A stretch of 64,000 bases of DNA from Candidatus Omnitrophota bacterium (GTDB lineage Bacteria > Omnitrophota > Gorgyraeia > Pluralincolimonadales > Pluralincolimonadaceae): positions 190,289 to 254,288 of the forward strand of contig PLNR01000005.1 in the NCBI GenBank assembly GCA_003141835.1. Reading direction: 5' to 3'. The notes under the pieces were generated by a model, which saw nothing but the letters and a program-made list of their open reading frames with translations, had not been told where the DNA came from and searched no databases. The stretch's first letter is position 1. Each line of letters starts with the position of its first letter. Of the stretch, positions 60,417 through 64,000 are shown piece by piece. The translations under genes and the position numbers were made by a program.

Positions 60417-61595
60417 ATGAACGGAGAACTATTATCGGTTTTGGACCACTTAGAGAGGGAAAAGGGCATCGACCGCGAGGTACTGATAGCGGCCGTAGAG
60501 AGCGCCCTTGTCAGCGCCGCCAAGAAGGCGCTCGGCTCCCAGACTGAGGACGTCGAGGTAAAGATGGACAGGAAATCCGGCGAGGTAACGGTATTATCGG
60601 GCGGGAAAGAGGTAAAGTCCGGGGACTTTGGCCGCATAGCCGCGCAGACAGCCAAGCAGATCATCATCCAGAAGATCCGCGAGGCCGAGCGCGACGTCAT
60701 ATTCACCGATTACACCAGCCGCGTTGGAAGCGTCGTGACCGGCACGGTATACAGGTTCGAGAAGGGAAATATAATCGTGGACCTCGGCAAGACCGAGGGC
60801 TTCATCCCGAAGAGCGAGCAGTCATCGAAAGAGAATTTCAGGCAGGGTGACCGCATAAAGGCATATGTCGTCGAGGTAAAGAAGACCGGCAAGGGCCCGC
60901 AAATAGTCTTATCGCGCGCCAACACCGGCCTTATAAAGAAGCTCTTCGAGCTCGAGATACCCGAGATATACGAGGGTATCGTCGAGGTAAAGTCCATTTC
61001 AAGGGAAGCCGGCGACAGGACGAAGATCGCCGTATTCTCGAAGGACGAGAAGATAGACTGCGTGGGCGCGTGCGTCGGAATGAGAGGTTCGCGCGTAAAA
61101 AATATAGTCAAGGAGCTGCAGGGCGAGAAGATAGACATCGTCCGCTGGAGCGACGATACAAAAGAGTATATATTGGCGTCGCTTAATCCGGCGAAGATAT
61201 CTACGGTAAAGCTCGACAAAGAGGCGAAACGGGCGCAGGTCACGGTCGATGACGACCAGCTGAGCCTCGCCATCGGCAAGAAAGGCCAGAACGTCAGGCT
61301 GGCGTCGAAGCTGACCGGATGGGAGATAGATATCAAGCCGAAGGCCTCGCTTCTTGAGGCTGCGCCTGCCGCTGAAGGCAAGAAAGAAGCCGGGAAGGCG
61401 GAAAAAGAGGAAGTTTCTGGTATATCATCGCTCGAGGGAGTAGGGCCGAAGACCAAAGGCTTGCTTGAAGAGGCCGGCCTTGATTCGATAGAGAAGATAG
61501 CCGCGTCCTCTGTAGAGGATCTCACTAAGATAAAAGGCATCGGCGAGAAGACGGCAGAAAAAATATTAAAAAGCGCGAAGGGGCTGGCAAAATAA
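60417..61595 (+). CDS. nusA: Transcription termination/antitermination factor NusA
   Basis: N-terminal domain, S1, two KH domains, C-terminal HhH (GIGEKTAEKIL). Confidence 0.95.
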   Translation: MNGELLSVLDHLEREKGIDREVLIAAVESALVSAAKKALGSQTEDVEVKMDRKSGEVTVLSGGKEVKSGDFGRIAAQTAKQIIIQKIREAERDVIFTDYTSRVGSVVTGTVYRFEKGNIIVDLGKTEGFIPKSEQSSKENFRQGDRIKAYVVEVKKTGKGPQIVLSRANTGLIKKLFELEIPEIYEGIVEVKSISREAGDRTKIAVFSKDEKIDCVGACVGMRGSRVKNIVKELQGEKIDIVRWSDDTKEYILASLNPAKISTVKLDKEAKRAQVTVDDDQLSLAIGKKGQNVRLASKLTGWEIDIKPKASLLEAAPAAEGKKEAGKAEKEEVSGISSLEGVGPKTKGLLEEAGLDSIEKIAASSVEDLTKIKGIGEKTAEKILKSAKGLAK

Positions 61596-61598
61596 AAT

Positions 61599-63785
61599 AT
61601 GAAGAAGGCTAAGGAAGAGAAGAAGGAAATAAAAAAGAAACCGGTCAAGGCTGCGGCGAAACCAAAGGCAGCTGTCAAGAAAACCAAACCGGCAGCTCCG
61701 GCCAAAGTTAAGAAAATCGTTAAGGCCAAAGTTGCGGTTGAGGCCCCGCGGGCCGAGAGGCCAGCTCCGAAACTTGAGGCCCCACGGGCCGAAAGGCCGG
61801 CTCCAAAACTGGAAGAAAAAACGGCCCGGAAGCCCGAGATAGTCAAGCCCGTGCCTGTAATTAAGCCGGCGCCTGTGATAAAGCCGGTGCCTGTACAGCC
61901 TCCGGTTGCACCGAAGCTTGAGGTCAAGCCGGCTCCTAAGCCTGAGGCCCCGAAGCCTGAAATTAAAGCTCCGGTAGTTCCTCCGACTCCTCCCGCTCCT
62001 CCTACTCCTCCGGCGCCCCCGGTCAAGAAAGAACCCGTTAAGATAGAATGCAAATTCCCGATAACCTTAAAAGACCTTGCCGCGAAATTGAACGCCAAGC
62101 CCAATGAGTTGATAATGAAACTCATGAGGCAGAAAGTCATGGCGACGATAAACCAGGCGGTAGATTACGATGTCGCCAGCCTTATCGCTGCCGATTACGG
62201 ATTTATATTTGATAAACCGCTTACGAAGGAAGAGGAACTCACGAAGTCACTTGACGTCGAGGATAAGACCAAAATGGTCTTCCGCGCGCCGGTAGTTACG
62301 TTGATGGGCCACGTCGACCACGGCAAGACGTCCCTGCTAGACGCGATAAGGAAGAGCCGCGTCACAGAGCAGGAATCCGGCGGCATTACCCAGCATATCG
62401 GCGCTTACGAAGTGGCTGTCGGAAAGGGCCATATCACATTTTTAGATACGCCGGGACATGAAGCGTTTACGGCCATGAGGGCCCGCGGCGCCCAGGCGAC
62501 AGATATCGTCATCTTGGTCGTCGCGGCAGATGACGGCGTCATGCCCCAGACGAAAGAAGCCATAGACCACGCGCGCGCGGCCGGAGTGCCGTTGGTCGTC
62601 GCGTTGAACAAAATAGATAAACCCGACGCGAACCCGGACAAGGTCAAGAAACAGCTGATGGATATCGGCCTCATGACCGAGGACTGGGGCGGAAAGACTA
62701 TCGCCATCGGCGTTTCGGCGAAGACAGGAAAGGGCATAGACGAACTATTGGAAATGCTCCTTCTAGAATCCGAGATGCTTGAGCTCAAGGCCGACCCGAC
62801 AAGGGCGGCGAAGGGCGTCGTCATCGAGGGAAGATTATCGAAGGGGGGCGGCCCGATCGCGACCGTCCTCGTCCAAAAAGGGACTTTAAGGCCGGGGGAT
62901 ACGGTCGTCGCCGGACAGCATTACGGCAAAATAAGAGCCATGATAAACGACCTCGGCCACAGGATAAATGAAGCGCCGCCTTCAAAACCGGTTGAGATAT
63001 TGGGCCTGGCAGGCGTACCGGAGGCAGGCGATGTATTTTTTGTCGTGGCCGACGAGAAGGCCGCGAGGGAGATCGTCAACAGGCGCCTGGACGTCGCGAA
63101 AGCTACGCACTTGCAGCCGGTAAAGAGGATAACCCTCGAGGAGCTTTCCCAGCAAGTCAAGGAAGGGAAAGCCAAGGAACTCAAGGTCATCCTCAAGGCA
63201 GACGTGCAGGGTTCGGCCGAGGCGCTCGAGCAATCGATCAAGGGCCTTGAGACGAAAGACATCACGCTTGACATAATACATTCCGCGGTCGGCAGCATAA
63301 ACGAGTCGGATATCATGCTTGCCGCGGCTTCGAACGCTATAATAATCGGTTTCCACGTCGACCTTACGCCCGAGGCCGCGCCGAAGGCGAGGCTCGAGGA
63401 GGTCGATGTCAGGTTATACAGGATCATATACGAGGCGATCAACGACATAAAGAGCGCCATGGAAGGTATGCTTGAGCCGACGATCTCCGAGGTCTTCATG
63501 GGCCGCGCCGATGTCAGGCAGGTCTTCAAGGTCTCGAAGGCCGGCACGATAGCCGGCTGCTTCCTTGCGAAAGGCAAGGCGGTAAGAGGGGCCTTATGCA
63601 GGCTCTGGAGGGATAAGGATAAGGTCTACGAGGGAAGGATATCCTCGTTGAAGAGGTTCAAGGATGACGTCAAAGAGGTCGCCGAAGGTTTCGAGTGCGG
63701 CATATCGCTCGAGAACTTCAGCAACATAAATGCCGCCGACGTGATAGAGATATACGAATTGAAGAAGACTGCGAGGAAATTGTAA
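61599..63785 (+). CDS. infB: Translation initiation factor IF-2
   Basis: Repetitive Pro/Ala/Lys-rich N-terminal linker, G-domain GHVDHGKTSLLD...DTPGH...NKID, C-terminal domains. Confidence 0.95.
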   Translation: MKKAKEEKKEIKKKPVKAAAKPKAAVKKTKPAAPAKVKKIVKAKVAVEAPRAERPAPKLEAPRAERPAPKLEEKTARKPEIVKPVPVIKPAPVIKPVPVQPPVAPKLEVKPAPKPEAPKPEIKAPVVPPTPPAPPTPPAPPVKKEPVKIECKFPITLKDLAAKLNAKPNELIMKLMRQKVMATINQAVDYDVASLIAADYGFIFDKPLTKEEELTKSLDVEDKTKMVFRAPVVTLMGHVDHGKTSLLDAIRKSRVTEQESGGITQHIGAYEVAVGKGHITFLDTPGHEAFTAMRARGAQATDIVILVVAADDGVMPQTKEAIDHARAAGVPLVVALNKIDKPDANPDKVKKQLMDIGLMTEDWGGKTIAIGVSAKTGKGIDELLEMLLLESEMLELKADPTRAAKGVVIEGRLSKGGGPIATVLVQKGTLRPGDTVVAGQHYGKIRAMINDLGHRINEAPPSKPVEILGLAGVPEAGDVFFVVADEKAAREIVNRRLDVAKATHLQPVKRITLEELSQQVKEGKAKELKVILKADVQGSAEALEQSIKGLETKDITLDIIHSAVGSINESDIMLAAASNAIIIGFHVDLTPEAAPKARLEEVDVRLYRIIYEAINDIKSAMEGMLEPTISEVFMGRADVRQVFKVSKAGTIAGCFLAKGKAVRGALCRLWRDKDKVYEGRISSLKRFKDDVKEVAEGFECGISLENFSNINAADVIEIYELKKTARKL
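61740..61811 (+). repeat. Tandem 36-bp direct repeat (x2) inside the infB N-terminal linker (encodes APRAERPAPKLE twice)
   Basis: gaggccccgcgggccgagaggccagctccgaaactt / gaggccccacgggccgaaaggccggctccaaaactg. Confidence 0.7.
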
Positions 63786-63787
63786 AT

Positions 63788-64000
63788 ATGAAGAAACGCA
63801 TCTTAAGCGGAATGCGCCCGACCGGGAAGCTGCACTTGGGGCACCTGGCAGGCGCGCTTAAGAACTGGGTCGAGATGCAGGAGAAGTACGACTGCTTCTA
63901 CATGGTGGCGGACTATCATGCGCTGATGAGCGAATACGCCGATCCGTCCGCCATGAAAGAGAACATAATAGATAACGTCGCCGATTTTCTCGCGTGCGGC
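63788..64000 (+). CDS. trpS: Tryptophanyl-tRNA synthetase, N-terminal portion (runs off window end)
   Basis: MKKRILSGMRPTGKLHLGHLAGALKNWVEMQ... class I HIGH motif in TrpS context; open to the window edge. Confidence 0.75.
   Translation, partial: MKKRILSGMRPTGKLHLGHLAGALKNWVEMQEKYDCFYMVADYHALMSEYADPSAMKENIIDNVADFLACG

Overview
This 64 kb window is a high-GC (about 58-60%) chromosomal segment from an LPS-producing (diderm) bacterium. All of roughly 63 recognisable genes lie on the + strand; every long minus-strand ORF overlaps a well-supported + strand gene and looks like an antisense shadow. Gene content, in order: (1) aroC(3' part)-aroK-dprA-topA-xerC. The topA ORF carries an in-frame N-terminal ThiS/MoaD-like domain that ends in GGG. 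(2) A large LPS inner-core/Kdo/heptose supercluster: waaA, lpxK, an LpxL-ELM1-like fusion, a GT4-GT9 fusion, GT4, a NodB deacetylase, three tandem GT9 heptosyltransferases, hldD, a kinase-only hldE, kdsB, pyrG, kdsA, kdsD, kdsC. (3) A secretin-less T2SS/T4P-hybrid pilus operon sitting between kdsC and lptC: gspE/pilB with an MshEN-like N-terminus, gspF, a GspG-like pseudopilin, three minor pseudopilins, fused pilM-pilN, pilO and a pilP-like gene. It is driven by a perfect TTGACA-17-TATACT promoter and has three tandem palindromes just upstream of the pilin gene. (4) lpxL, a single lptC/lptA-like gene, lptB, then hpf directly (no rpoN), then tig-clpP-lon (no clpX). (5) Housekeeping genes: a class-V aminotransferase, a His-rich HupE/UreJ-like transporter, serA, purA, an H+-PPase, a DUF47-pitA pair, envelope proteins, DUF4912+GH57 branching enzyme, uppS-cdsA-dxr-rseP-ispG-proS. 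(6) A low-GC island of about 2.3 kb between proS and rimP holds four small genes (a membrane-anchored TPR protein, two small membrane proteins and a DUF2007 protein) bounded by recurring A-type and B-type repeats that share an inverted ACGTCCCC/GGGGACGT core. (7) rimP-nusA-infB-trpS(5' part), preceded by a second perfect consensus promoter followed by a short terminator-like hairpin. No rRNA, tRNA or CRISPR array was found.
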